Shown piece by piece: positions 26,501-35,234 of a DNA stretch of 64,000 nucleotides. How positions within the stretch are numbered: the first letter of the stretch is position 1; each line of letters starts with the position of its first letter. The stretch is from Bacteroidota bacterium (GTDB lineage Bacteria; Bacteroidota; Bacteroidia; 2-12-FULL-35-15). The stretch spans positions 20,577-84,576 of the forward strand of contig JAJTCJ010000034.1 of assembly GCA_021323165.1 (NCBI GenBank), written 5' to 3'. The notes under the pieces were generated by a model. It was not told where the DNA came from. It did no database searches and saw only the letters and a program-made list of their open reading frames with translations. Both the position numbers and the translations under genes were made by a program.

Positions 26501-27021
26501 TTACAGTGATAGATAATTTTACATATTATGATTACATGCAGTTTCCTTTATTGAATGTGACAAAAGGAGTTTCTCTTGAAAGAATTGATTTTAACAGGGC
26601 AACGGGTGATAAAACAAACTGGCATTCTGCTTCAGAAGCTGTTGGATTTGCAACTCCCGGGTATAAGAATTCGCAATACAATGATGCCAAAGAAACGGAT
26701 GATGAGATCGCGGTTAGTCCGGAAATATTTTCACCGGATGAGGATGGGATGAATGATGTAGTAAGTATAAATTATCATTTTTCTACACCGGGTTATGTGG
26801 CCAATGTAACGATCTACGATAGTAAAGGAAGACTGATCAGGAATCTTATCAGAAACGAATTGTTGGGGATAAACGGAACATTTAGCTGGGACGGAATTAC
26901 AGAAGACCGTGAAAAAGCAAGAATTGGAATTTATATTATTTTCACTGAAGTGTTTGATGTTTCAGGAAATGTAAAGCATTATAAGAACACTTGTGTTCTT
27001 GCCGGTAAGCTTGATCAATAG
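23593..27021 (+). CDS. Secreted protein with three lamin-tail domains (LTD), Ig-like spacers and a CHU_C-like C-terminal domain
   Basis: Signal peptide MRKIYLLFIFISSVLSAQ. Three LTD-type segments (VIITEIYADPSP..EFVEIYNRG, IVINEIMADPD..EYVELHNRT, IVINEVLFDPNTGGVDFVEVYNRS). C-terminus EIFSPDEDGMNDVVSINY..VTIYDSKGRLI..FSWDG..GIYIIF. Confidence 0.65.
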   Translation: MRKIYLLFIFISSVLSAQVSDDFTDGDFTSSPVWSGNTSDFTIVTVGTDQQLRSNSNAASYGFYLSTPSTAASNSQWEFFVNLQFATSSANYVDVYLTSDSPNLTSATHSGYFVRIGNTSDEISLYKRVSGTNTEIIDGIDAITNGTNNIMKIKVTRDASNLWTLQRDMTGAGASYFTEGSAVDASVLTSSHFGIFIQQSTATFHLKHFFDDFSVGPIIVDTTPPSILSSTVISSTQLDVLFDENVDLSPSQTIANYSADNGLGTPLSAVRDASNLALVHLTFSGSFTNALTNNLTVNNVQDLSGNSIVSGTSSFTYFAPVTSVYKDVIITEIYADPSPVVALPATEFVEIYNRGTTTFNISGWKFTDGSSTATLSSYNLAPNQYLIICPVTDTASYSPYGSVMGVSSFPSLNNTGDNLYLKNNALVVIDSVNYSDAWYQDAIKDDGGWTLELINPDISGNCSPSGNWIASVNTNGGTPGIQNSVHSTAPDITSPTIVSVSVIDSTHVSVCFSEAIDASQINVLNNYSINNGIGSPIAAIASTTGACIELTLNATLNSSTTYTLTTTNLSDCSGNSLNPVTATFDYYKVKPFDIVINEIMADPDVTMGLPAIQYEYVELHNRTAYSINLNNWTYTSGTTTKVLPNINVAANGYIVLTSSTNSASFPASANAFGITSFPGLTNTGQTLTLRSSQGVVISYVSYTDAWYQDAVKKNGGWSIEQIDPDNPCAGANNWRASNNVNGGTPGAVNSVNASNPDNSAPKVVRVAIIATDTIQLFFNEPLDSLTLLNPALFTIDNSIGTPTQVVAVGPDFRSVRLALAAPILSGIIYKATVNNAVTDCIGNPVGGENSALFALPQPAQAMDIVINEVLFDPNTGGVDFVEVYNRSNKVIDLATMTLSQYDTINNIPVFPEIISTDGYLIFPGDYVVLSENGDAVKSQYHTSNPEGFLDMTNLPTMSISGGTVCLAVGFTVIDNFTYYDYMQFPLLNVTKGVSLERIDFNRATGDKTNWHSASEAVGFATPGYKNSQYNDAKETDDEIAVSPEIFSPDEDGMNDVVSINYHFSTPGYVANVTIYDSKGRLIRNLIRNELLGINGTFSWDGITEDREKARIGIYIIFTEVFDVSGNVKHYKNTCVLAGKLDQ

Positions 27022-27043
27022 ATGATATCTCCGGGCATATCAT

Positions 27044-27071
27044 ATAGCTACGGACTGAAGTCCGTAGCTAT
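27044..27071. terminator. Perfect 12-bp hairpin between convergent genes (overlaps the ALDH stop codon)
   Basis: ATAGCTACGGAC-TGAA-GTCCGTAGCTAT followed by TTTTA. Confidence 0.6.
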
Positions 27072-28513
27072 TTTAGTTTGATACAAACATTCTTCGGCTC
27101 CGTAAAAAAGTTCAGTGCTTCAAAGCCTCCTTCTCTTCCAACTCCTGAACCTTTCACTCCGCCAAAAGGCGTGCGCAGATCGCGTAAAAGCCAGCAATTA
27201 ATCCAGACAATACCAGCGTGTAGATGATTCGCAATTGTATGAGCTCTTGTCAGATTTTCTGTCCATACAACAGATGCTAATCCATACTGAGTGCTGTTAG
27301 CATACATAAGGGCTTCTTCTTCTGTATCAAAAGGCATAATGGTTACAACAGGTCCGAAGATTTCCTCCTGGTTAGTCCGGCAGTTATAAGTCAAGCCTTC
27401 AATAACAGTGGGAGCAATATAATAGCCTTCTGAAAATTCTCCATCAAGCTTCACTTGTTCACCACCACAAAGAACTGTTCCTCCTTCTTGTTTCGCAAGA
27501 TCCACATAGGAAAGAACTTTTTCCATATGTGCTTTGGAAACAACAGCACCAAGCCGGCTTTCAGGATCGGCAGGGTTTCCAACTTTCATTTTTTTAACGC
27601 GGGAAACAAATTCGGTTTTGAACTTTTCATAAATGCTTCTTTCAATTAAGATCCTTGATCCGCAAAGACAGATCTGTCCCTGATTTGCAAATGAAGAATT
27701 TAAAGTAGTCTTGATCATTTTTTCAAAATCACAATCAGCGAAAATGATATTTGGATTTTTTCCTCCTAATTCAAGAGAAAGTTTTTTAAACATAGGCGCA
27801 GCAACTCTTGCGATCTCAGCTCCGGTCTTTGTTCCTCCTGTAAATGAGATAAGAGGGATCTTAGGATGTGCGGTTATTGCAGCACCAACCTTATGGCCGT
27901 AACCATGTACAATGTTTAAAACGCCTTTTGGTAATCCCGCTTCGATGCATAATTCAGAAAGCAGATAAGCTGTCATAGGTGTAATCTCTGAAGGCTTTGC
28001 AACCACACAGTTTCCTGATGCTATTGCAGGTGCGATCTTCCATGTAAAAAGATACAAAGGTAAATTCCATGGTGAAATACAACCCGCGACACCAACGGGA
28101 CTGCGTAATGTATAATTGATCGCGGTATCTTCCATTGAATGGCTTTCAGCAGCATAATGCAGTATTGCTGTTGCATAAAAATGGAAGTTGCTTGCCGCTC
28201 TTGGAATATCAACCATCTTAGCAAGTGATACAGGTTTCCCATTGTCTATTGATTCCGCGATAGCGAAACGGTCAAGATTCTTCTCTATCAGATCAGAGAT
28301 CTTAAGCATGATCCTTGAACGGTCTTCTTTAGGAGTATTGCTCCAGGATGGAAAAGCTTTTAAAGCGGCTTCAGTTGCAAGCTCTACATCTTTTTCATCT
28401 GAATCGGGAATAAGAGAATATACTTTTCCTATTGCCGGATTATAATTATCAATGTATTGTTTTCCAACAGGTTCTAAAAGTTCACCGTTGATGTAGTTCT
28501 GGATCTTCTTCAT
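27068..28513 (-). CDS. NAD(P)-dependent aldehyde dehydrogenase family protein
   Basis: 481 aa. LELGGKNP (catalytic Glu) and FANQGQICLCGSR (catalytic Cys) motifs, with an N-terminus YINGE..N.YNPA typical of ALDH. Confidence 0.85.
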   Translation of the reverse strand: MKKIQNYINGELLEPVGKQYIDNYNPAIGKVYSLIPDSDEKDVELATEAALKAFPSWSNTPKEDRSRIMLKISDLIEKNLDRFAIAESIDNGKPVSLAKMVDIPRAASNFHFYATAILHYAAESHSMEDTAINYTLRSPVGVAGCISPWNLPLYLFTWKIAPAIASGNCVVAKPSEITPMTAYLLSELCIEAGLPKGVLNIVHGYGHKVGAAITAHPKIPLISFTGGTKTGAEIARVAAPMFKKLSLELGGKNPNIIFADCDFEKMIKTTLNSSFANQGQICLCGSRILIERSIYEKFKTEFVSRVKKMKVGNPADPESRLGAVVSKAHMEKVLSYVDLAKQEGGTVLCGGEQVKLDGEFSEGYYIAPTVIEGLTYNCRTNQEEIFGPVVTIMPFDTEEEALMYANSTQYGLASVVWTENLTRAHTIANHLHAGIVWINCWLLRDLRTPFGGVKGSGVGREGGFEALNFFTEPKNVCIKLK

Positions 28514-28520
28514 TTTTTTA

Positions 28521-28580
28521 CCACTAAGACACTAAGTTCACTAAGGCTTAGTGTTTCTTTATTTCTTAGTGCCTTAGTGT
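28521..28580. repeat. Palindromic array of CACTAAG x3 / CTTAGTG x3 heptamers (family 3)
   Basis: CCACTAAGACACTAAGTTCACTAAGGCTTAGTGTTTCTTTATTTCTTAGTGCCTTAGTGT, immediately upstream of the ALDH start. A related array lies at 58361-58396. Confidence 0.8.
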
Positions 28581-28604
28581 TGAATTTTGTGTTGTTCAAA
28601 TTTA

Positions 28605-28643
28605 ACTAAAAAAAACAAAAAAGAGGTCCTTCTCAGAACCTCT
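28605..28643 (-). terminator. Intrinsic terminator after the 226-aa gene
   Basis: On the minus strand, AGAGGTTC-TGAGAA-GGACCTCT followed by TTTTTTGTTTTTTTT. Confidence 0.6.
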
Positions 28644-28668
28644 TTCGGACATGGGGATGTGTTTTGTT

Positions 28669-29349
28669 TTACTTAATAATGATCTTGTCTGTAGTCGACT
28701 TTTTATTCTGAATAAGATTTAAAAAATAGGTTCCTTTTTCAAGTTTAATTTCTTTGCTGTATTTACCTCCATTTTTATGGGTCTCATAAAAGAACTGCTT
28801 TCCGTTCTCATCAAGTATGCTGATATGCAACGGCTCTTTACTGTTGGTTTCTGCTTCTATTTTCGCAGCGTTGCCAGTGATGTTGAGATTAAGGTTTATT
28901 GATTCTCCTTCCATTTTCTCATCATTTCGTGAACGATTGATAACTGTTCTTTTATTCCCGCTTCCGGATCTTTCTTTTTCACCCTTTTTTATTATGATAC
29001 GGGTTTCTTTCCCATTCTCATCTGTGGTGATTTCCACATCTTCTCCGTCTCCTTCTCCAATACTGTAAGCATACGCAAGAGCATCAGCATCTCTGTCTTC
29101 TTCACCGTTAACAACAACTTTTTTCCTGATTGTCTTTTTTTCAGATGATTCTTTGTCATCGCTGATAACCATTGTAATGTGTTTTTCTATCTTTTCAATT
29201 TCTTTGTCTCCGATTTCTTTTTCTGTAATGGTGGTATCGCCATTAATAATTGTGATGGTTTTTACTTTTGAGTTCTGTCCGCAGGCCGTGCCTGTTAATG
29301 CCACTGCAATGAATAAAGCAGCTGAAGTTTTTTTGTATAGATGGTTCAT
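28669..29349 (-). CDS. Hypothetical secreted protein with a probable T9SS type-A C-terminal domain
   Basis: Signal peptide, a charged low-complexity middle, and a last ~70 aa (LHISILDENGKQFFYETHKNGGKYSKEIKLEKGTYFLNLIQNKKSTTDKIIIK) that resemble a Por secretion tail. Confidence 0.5.
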   Translation of the reverse strand: MNHLYKKTSAALFIAVALTGTACGQNSKVKTITIINGDTTITEKEIGDKEIEKIEKHITMVISDDKESSEKKTIRKKVVVNGEEDRDADALAYAYSIGEGDGEDVEITTDENGKETRIIIKKGEKERSGSGNKRTVINRSRNDEKMEGESINLNLNITGNAAKIEAETNSKEPLHISILDENGKQFFYETHKNGGKYSKEIKLEKGTYFLNLIQNKKSTTDKIIIK

Positions 29350-29504
29350 TTTTTATTCCTCCTTGTTTTAAATTGGTTAAAAAAGTTAATCGTGATTTGC
29401 AAACGTTTCGGCAAACATAAGCCGGCTTTTTGTTGTCCGCTGTTAATTGCCTGTTAATCCCTGTTAAAATATGTTAAGCATAAAGCGTATAAAAGGGAAT
29501 GGGT

Positions 29505-29512
29505 TATTTTTG
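29505..29512 (+). promoter_or_regulatory. -7 promoter box TATTTTTG just upstream of the histidine kinase ATG
   Basis: Exact TAnnTTTG match, 7 nt before ATG 29519. This implies a very short leader or a leaderless mRNA and argues against the ORF-track start at 29471. Confidence 0.4.
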
Positions 29513-29518
29513 TTTGCA

Positions 29519-31123
29519 ATGAATAAAGGTAATTTAGGAATTATTACAATTATGGCGAGTCTGGCTTTAATAGGCCTGATCACTATCCAGGTTTACTGGA
29601 TCAATAATTCCGTAGAGATTGGTAAGGAACGTTTTGAGCAAAGTGTGAACGAAGCGCTTAACAATGTTGTTATTCGTATGGAGAAACACCGTGCGGCAGC
29701 TCAGATCACGAGAAAATTTAATTTCAGAAAACAGGGTATGCGTTATTATGCTCCGGATGATTCTCTTAAAAAGGGTCCTTCTTTAGATGATAAACAATTT
29801 TATTCTCTCCCGAAAAATAAGATCAATGTACAGGTAGTGGAGGAATTCTCTTCCGATTCAAATGGGGTGGTTACAAAAAAATCTAGGCAAAAGATGTATT
29901 CCAGTGATTCGGCCTCTCCTGAGCTTAGGGCCAGGCTATCTACGGATGGTCCACGCATTACAGGAATACAGGATTCTCTCGATCTTAAAAAGGAATGGTT
30001 CTCTCATCAGAATGATATGGTGAATGATATCTTCGATGAGCTTGTTAGTGTGAATATATACAATGATTATGATCAGAAAATAGATCTTAAATTACTCGAT
30101 TCGGTTTTGAAAGTTGAACTGCTTGAAAAAGGCGTTACAGCAGATTATAAATTTGGTATCATGAGTTCTAAATACCTTTCTTCGGATTCGGTTAATGCTG
30201 CAGATTCCATAGTTAAATTATATAAATCACCGTATAAGGTTAATCTCTCGCCTGATAATATTTTTATCAAACCTCAATACCTATCTGTATATTTTCCGAG
30301 TCAAAAAAGTTACCTCTTAAGTTCCATGTGGTTCATGCTGCTTGTTTCCCTGGCGTTCATGATCACGCTTGTGTTCTCTTTCTACTATACCATTTCTACC
30401 ATCTTTAAGCAGAAAAAGCTTTCGGAGATAAAGAATGACTTTATCAGCAATATGACTCATGAGTTTAAAACTCCCATATCAACTATTTCACTTGCCTGTG
30501 AAGTATTGAATGACCGAAGCATTGAGAAATCTCCTGAAAGAGTGAGCACTTATGTAAAGATGATCGGTGATGAAAATAAACGGCTTAGTCTTCTTGTAGA
30601 GAATATTCTTCAAACGGCCATTTTGGATAAAGGTCAATTGAAATTAAATATTCAAAGTTTTAATATTCATGATCTGATCGAGCAAACGATCACTAATATT
30701 AAATTGCAGGTTGAGAATAAAGATGGAACTATCACTACCGATTTAAAAGCCTCTATACCGGTAATTAATGGTGATAAGGTCCATATCACAAACATTGTTT
30801 TTAACCTTATTGACAATGCCTTAAAATATTCAACAGATCACCCTAAGATCAAAATAATGACCAGAAGCGATAATGAAGGCATATTTATTTCGGTTCTCGA
30901 CAACGGTATTGGTATCAGTAAGGAAAATCAAAAACGTATATTTGATACGATGTATCGGGTGCCCACGGGAAATATTCATAATGTTAAGGGATTCGGTCTT
31001 GGTTTAAGTTACGTTAAAGCAGTTGTGGAAAAGCATGGCGGCTCTATAAGTGTTTCCAGTGAGCCTGGAAAAGGAAGTAATTTTACAGTGTATTTACCAT
31101 ATATTTTAGAAACAAACACCTAA
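29519..31123 (+). CDS. Two-component sensor histidine kinase
   Basis: N-terminal TM helix and a second TM near aa 290. H-box FISNMTHEFKTPIS, N-box NLIDNALKY, G-boxes DNGIGI and GFGLGLS. Confidence 0.85.
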   Translation: MNKGNLGIITIMASLALIGLITIQVYWINNSVEIGKERFEQSVNEALNNVVIRMEKHRAAAQITRKFNFRKQGMRYYAPDDSLKKGPSLDDKQFYSLPKNKINVQVVEEFSSDSNGVVTKKSRQKMYSSDSASPELRARLSTDGPRITGIQDSLDLKKEWFSHQNDMVNDIFDELVSVNIYNDYDQKIDLKLLDSVLKVELLEKGVTADYKFGIMSSKYLSSDSVNAADSIVKLYKSPYKVNLSPDNIFIKPQYLSVYFPSQKSYLLSSMWFMLLVSLAFMITLVFSFYYTISTIFKQKKLSEIKNDFISNMTHEFKTPISTISLACEVLNDRSIEKSPERVSTYVKMIGDENKRLSLLVENILQTAILDKGQLKLNIQSFNIHDLIEQTITNIKLQVENKDGTITTDLKASIPVINGDKVHITNIVFNLIDNALKYSTDHPKIKIMTRSDNEGIFISVLDNGIGISKENQKRIFDTMYRVPTGNIHNVKGFGLGLSYVKAVVEKHGGSISVSSEPGKGSNFTVYLPYILETNT

Positions 31124-31128
31124 TAAAT

Positions 31129-31836
31129 ATGCAGGCAGACAAATTAAAGATCCTTCTGGTAGAAGATGACACCAATCTAGGTACCTTGTTAAGGGAATAC
31201 TTAGAGGCGAAAGGCTTCAGTACAACACTTGCTGTTAATGGAAAACAAGGTTTCGATCTTTTTTCTGCCGACAAATTCAATATCTGCATCCTGGATGTAA
31301 TGATGCCTGTTAAAGACGGTTATACACTGGCTAAAGAGATCCGGGCTATTGATGCCAACGTTCCCATTGTATTTCTTACGGCCAAATCAATGAAGGAAGA
31401 CACTATCGAAGGTTTCAACGCGGGTGCTGACGATTATATTACAAAGCCTTTCAGTATGGAAGAACTGCTGGTAAGAATAAAGGCAATTCTTCGCAGAACA
31501 GAGATCAAGGTGAATGTGAATGACAGTCAGACCGAATTTAAGATCGGCAATTATAAATTTGATTATCAGCATCAAACCCTCGATATAAAGGGTTCTCAGC
31601 AAAAACTGACAACAAAGGAAGCTGATCTGTTAAAATTATTGTGCTTGCATGCCAACGATATTCTTGATCGTAATTTCGCTCTCAAAGCTATCTGGAACGA
31701 TGATAATTATTTCAATGGAAGAAGCATGGATGTTTATATTGCCAAGTTACGCAAATACCTAAAAGATGACCCTGCTGTGGAAATAATTAATGTTCATGGT
31801 AAAGGATTCAAGTTGTTGATGGACAACAAAAAGTAA
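31129..31836 (+). CDS. OmpR/PhoB-family DNA-binding response regulator
   Basis: Receiver domain (LLVEDD, ILDVMMP, FLTAK, ITKPF) plus a winged-helix C-terminus (LTTKEADLLKLL..MDVYIAKLRKYL..VHGKGFKL). Starts 5 nt after the kinase stop. Confidence 0.9.
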   Translation: MQADKLKILLVEDDTNLGTLLREYLEAKGFSTTLAVNGKQGFDLFSADKFNICILDVMMPVKDGYTLAKEIRAIDANVPIVFLTAKSMKEDTIEGFNAGADDYITKPFSMEELLVRIKAILRRTEIKVNVNDSQTEFKIGNYKFDYQHQTLDIKGSQQKLTTKEADLLKLLCLHANDILDRNFALKAIWNDDNYFNGRSMDVYIAKLRKYLKDDPAVEIINVHGKGFKLLMDNKK

Positions 31837-31941
31837 TTCCTGCAAAAATTATTTAAACCTTACATCTGTTCTCTAAGGACTTTTTTTGGTTATAAGATGT
31901 TTTAAATTCAGTGTTCTTTTGTGTCGTAAAATAAACACACT

Positions 31942-32583
31942 ATGAACACACTTACTACATCAGCTTTTTCAAAGACATTTGCTTTTGTTGCCATCGTTAT
32001 TTTTTTGATTTCAGGACACAGTGCAATAAGCAAATCTTTTCCGACCGGATATTTTGGGATCCGCGGCAGTGCCGCAATCGCTGCAAGTCGTTTCGGAACT
32101 ATTTATTCTCCGGCATTGACCTACCAGTCGGGAAGAAATACAATGAGCTTTGGAGCAACAATGCAAAAAAAGGATAAATTCTCGTTATCCGGGTTTCAGT
32201 TGACTTATGAATTCACTCTGCTCGATCCTTTATTACATAGTGATTGTAACCTTGAATGGTTTGAATTATATTCCTTTCTGCATTTGGGTTATCATAACAG
32301 AGTTTTTCTTGGTAAGCAGGTGTGCGATGAGGAGAATATTTGCAATAAGGAATTAAAGACCGATCCTGCTCAGTTAAAATTAAAAGCAATAGAAGGATAT
32401 GCAGGTTTTGGTTTTAGAGTAAAGCTGTATAAGAATTTAAAGTGGTTCAATGTAATAGGCATTGGCGGATACGATGTTCTCGGTTCAACCAAAGGTTTGT
32501 TCTATTCAAATTACTCTGCAGGAATAATGGTAAAGACAGGATTGTCATACCAGTTTGAAAAGCGTCAGAGAGGAAGCTATTAA
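31942..32583 (+). CDS. Hypothetical protein, possibly a small outer-membrane beta-barrel
   Basis: Signal-like N-terminus, alternating aromatic/Gly pattern, C-terminal ..GLSYQF. No family recognised. Confidence 0.35.
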   Translation: MNTLTTSAFSKTFAFVAIVIFLISGHSAISKSFPTGYFGIRGSAAIAASRFGTIYSPALTYQSGRNTMSFGATMQKKDKFSLSGFQLTYEFTLLDPLLHSDCNLEWFELYSFLHLGYHNRVFLGKQVCDEENICNKELKTDPAQLKLKAIEGYAGFGFRVKLYKNLKWFNVIGIGGYDVLGSTKGLFYSNYSAGIMVKTGLSYQFEKRQRGSY

Positions 32584-34011
32584 TTAAAGCTTTGAAAGTT
32601 TTTGAATCTGTTCCTGGCTGATATGCAGATTTTGTAAGATTGCATTTGGTCCTGTGTTTACGGTCGAAATTAATTTCCACTGATCAGATAGTTTTTCAAG
32701 TTTACCGCCTGCTTTATTTGCTAAAGCTGTTTTGAAAAACTTTATAAACAATAATGCTGAATGATATTTTACCTCATCTTCATCACTGATCTTTCTGCTG
32801 ATGCTTCTTAAAGTGATCTCCGCCTGATCGACCTTTTCAGATAATAAAAAAAGGAAGATCTGGAAAAATTTAACTTCAATCTCAGCATTGATAATATCTT
32901 TAAAGCTTACTTCATTTAAAACTTTGTTTAGTGTTTGCAAAGCTTCGGAAATTCTGCCCTTGTAAAAGTAAACGAATGCTTTATATTGCTTGAATATGAT
33001 GAATTCCGGAATGTTGTCCGCTTCAGGTTCGTATATTAATTCTTCATTTTCATTTAACCCTTCAAATGCATTATTCCTGTACATCCAGTCGATCTTCGTT
33101 ATAAGAAAATGCGATGAGAAACAAGTGTGATTGTAAAGAAGAATAGAGCCGTTATCATCATTTATTTTATCATAATACACTGCTGCATTCTTGTGAAGTT
33201 TCAATTGGGAATAATATTCAAAAGAAAGAAAATGAATGATATTTATAAGATGAATATAAGTTCTGTCTTCAGGATTATTCTCAATTATTGAAAGCGTTTC
33301 TTTAAGCATATCTTCCACGCTTGCATCGTTTGCCATTTCTTCAGGAACAGGAGAAAATAATGCAAAATGAATATTCAGAATGTTCTTATGTACGGTTAAT
33401 CTATGCGATTGATTGATCCTGCAGATATTCTGCATTTCTTTTTTATGAAGCACGAGAATATCAAAATATTTTGGATCACGTGTAACATGAAGAATCGCAA
33501 GCGTTTTACAAAATGAAGCAAGTGTTTCTTCTGCTTTATCCTGGGAAAGATTGTAAGCAACAGACCTGTTGTATAATTGCTGATAATCATAATAACGGGG
33601 AGAACTGACATGCAGTTTTTTTAATGCTTTATAAACCGTGATCAGCTCATTAGGCATATCATTTTTTATAAGCTCCGATTCCATCTTGAGAAGAAGTCCG
33701 ATAGCCGTTTCTTTTGGTGCCTTGTAAACTAGATGTTCTATGTTGGCAACGTTCTGAAGGAGCTCGATCCTCGTGTCACCGGTAGATTTGTAAAGAAACT
33801 CCTGGATCTTGTCGTATAACCTTGACTTCAACGTGTAAAAGGCAGCTGACTTAATATCAAGCTCTGCCTGAATATCACTTTCAGATGATTTATTAGTCCT
33901 GTAAAAATTTAGTAACGTTAAATACTTATCAGCTTTTGTCTGTATGAATTGATCGCGGAGAGTTGAGAAATCTTTTTCATTTAACTGAGCTACAATTTTT
34001 TCTATTTTCAT
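32584..34011 (-). CDS. Hypothetical helical-repeat (TPR-like) protein with an N-terminal HTH-like segment
   Basis: 475 aa from ATG 34011. The N-terminal ..DIKSAAFYTLKSRLYDKIQEFL resembles the recognition-helix region of sigma-70 r4 / LuxR-type HTHs. The rest is all-helical by composition. No family recognised. Confidence 0.4.
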   Translation of the reverse strand: MKIEKIVAQLNEKDFSTLRDQFIQTKADKYLTLLNFYRTNKSSESDIQAELDIKSAAFYTLKSRLYDKIQEFLYKSTGDTRIELLQNVANIEHLVYKAPKETAIGLLLKMESELIKNDMPNELITVYKALKKLHVSSPRYYDYQQLYNRSVAYNLSQDKAEETLASFCKTLAILHVTRDPKYFDILVLHKKEMQNICRINQSHRLTVHKNILNIHFALFSPVPEEMANDASVEDMLKETLSIIENNPEDRTYIHLINIIHFLSFEYYSQLKLHKNAAVYYDKINDDNGSILLYNHTCFSSHFLITKIDWMYRNNAFEGLNENEELIYEPEADNIPEFIIFKQYKAFVYFYKGRISEALQTLNKVLNEVSFKDIINAEIEVKFFQIFLFLLSEKVDQAEITLRSISRKISDEDEVKYHSALLFIKFFKTALANKAGGKLEKLSDQWKLISTVNTGPNAILQNLHISQEQIQKLSKL

Positions 34012-34076
34012 AAGCACCTGATAAAAAAGCCTGTTGAATATATCTTTAACGGTAGATTATATTTCTCTTCTGACTT

Positions 34077-34529
34077 TTAGAACATCACTAATTTAGAACT
34101 TTTTTTCAATAGTATTGAATTGATGTCATCCAAATTGTTTTTCATTAAAGGCTTATGAATGTATTTAAGTACAGACTTGTGTTTAACACATCGCTCGAGG
34201 TCTGCGGGATTGACAGAACTTGTTAAAATAACGATTGAGATGTTTTTTCTCATTTTCGATGACATAAGTTCAAATTTGTCCAGGAATTCAAAGCCGTTTA
34301 TTTGCGGCATTTCCAGATCAAGGAAGAGAATCGAAGGAATTTCAGCTTCCGTATCTGCTTCTACCTCTGCAAGGTAATTTAAGGCTTCGTAAGCTTTGCT
34401 GAACTCATTTACCTTTTCAGTAAAGTTATAGCGGGCCATTACTTTTTTGTTAACGAAATTGTCAATTGAACTGTCATCCACAAGCATTACCAAAGGATGA
34501 AATAATTTAGTAGGTGTTTCCTGAAACAT
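34077..34529 (-). CDS. Stand-alone response-regulator receiver protein (no output domain)
   Basis: MLVDDSSIDNF.., FLDLEMPQINGFEFL (phospho-Asp), ILTSS (Thr/Ser), IHKPL (Lys). Confidence 0.8.
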   Translation of the reverse strand: MFQETPTKLFHPLVMLVDDSSIDNFVNKKVMARYNFTEKVNEFSKAYEALNYLAEVEADTEAEIPSILFLDLEMPQINGFEFLDKFELMSSKMRKNISIVILTSSVNPADLERCVKHKSVLKYIHKPLMKNNLDDINSILLKKSSKLVMF

Positions 34530-34763
34530 GTTTAGTTTGATTATGAGGCAAAGGTACTTGTATATACCCTGACAGTTAAGCCGAAGTGCTTGTTATCGTT
34601 GCGGATGTAAGATTTTAATGTTTTTTGAAAGACCTGTTTTACTTACTGGAATGTGTTGCAGCTTTTTAATAAATGAGAATAGAACAAAGTTTCACCAGGT
34701 TCGCGAATTAAAATAAATCAACGAGATGTATTTTCGTAACGGAAAGTAATCGAAGGAATGAAA

Positions 34764-35183
34764 TTATAGTCCGGATAATTCGGTGTCAGTAAGAGGCTTG
34801 TGAAGGAATTTAATGACATGCTTGTAGTTCTTACTTCTTTCCATATCCAAAGGATTTAAAGATGTAGTAAGCATTATGATCTTTATTTTATTCTTAAGTT
34901 CAGGATTGAATTTTTCAAATTCTTCAAGAAAATGAAAGCCATCAAGAATAGGCATATTGATATCAAGCAGAATGTGTGAAGGAATAAGGTCTGAAGGCAC
35001 TTCTTTAAGAGTAACTTCTATGTTTTTTAAAAATTCAAGGGCGCTTTTGGAACTGGTATGTACATATACATTTTCCGCGAAATAATACGATTTTATAAGC
35101 TTTTCATTTATAAAATTATCGATCTCATTATCATCAATGAGCATAATCGATTTGTGTTTATAAGCAGGCGATTTAATTTTCAT
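34764..35183 (-). CDS. Stand-alone response-regulator receiver protein, paralog of 34077-34529
   Basis: MLIDDNEIDNF.., LLDINMPILDGFHFL, MLTTSLNP, LHKPL. A GTG at 35231 is an alternative start. Confidence 0.8.
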   Translation of the reverse strand: MKIKSPAYKHKSIMLIDDNEIDNFINEKLIKSYYFAENVYVHTSSKSALEFLKNIEVTLKEVPSDLIPSHILLDINMPILDGFHFLEEFEKFNPELKNKIKIIMLTTSLNPLDMERSKNYKHVIKFLHKPLTDTELSGL

Positions 35184-35234
35184 ATATCCAAAAATACCAA
35201 AAAAGGATGGTTTGTAAATGTTTTTTAACACTTA

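Noticed and set aside
32581-32586. Convergent genes whose stop codons abut exactly (TAA|TTA at 32583/32584) with no terminator between them.
   Set aside because: This is real in the sequence, but it is a common consequence of compact genomes. The gene call on the plus side is itself weak, so I did not treat it as meaningful.
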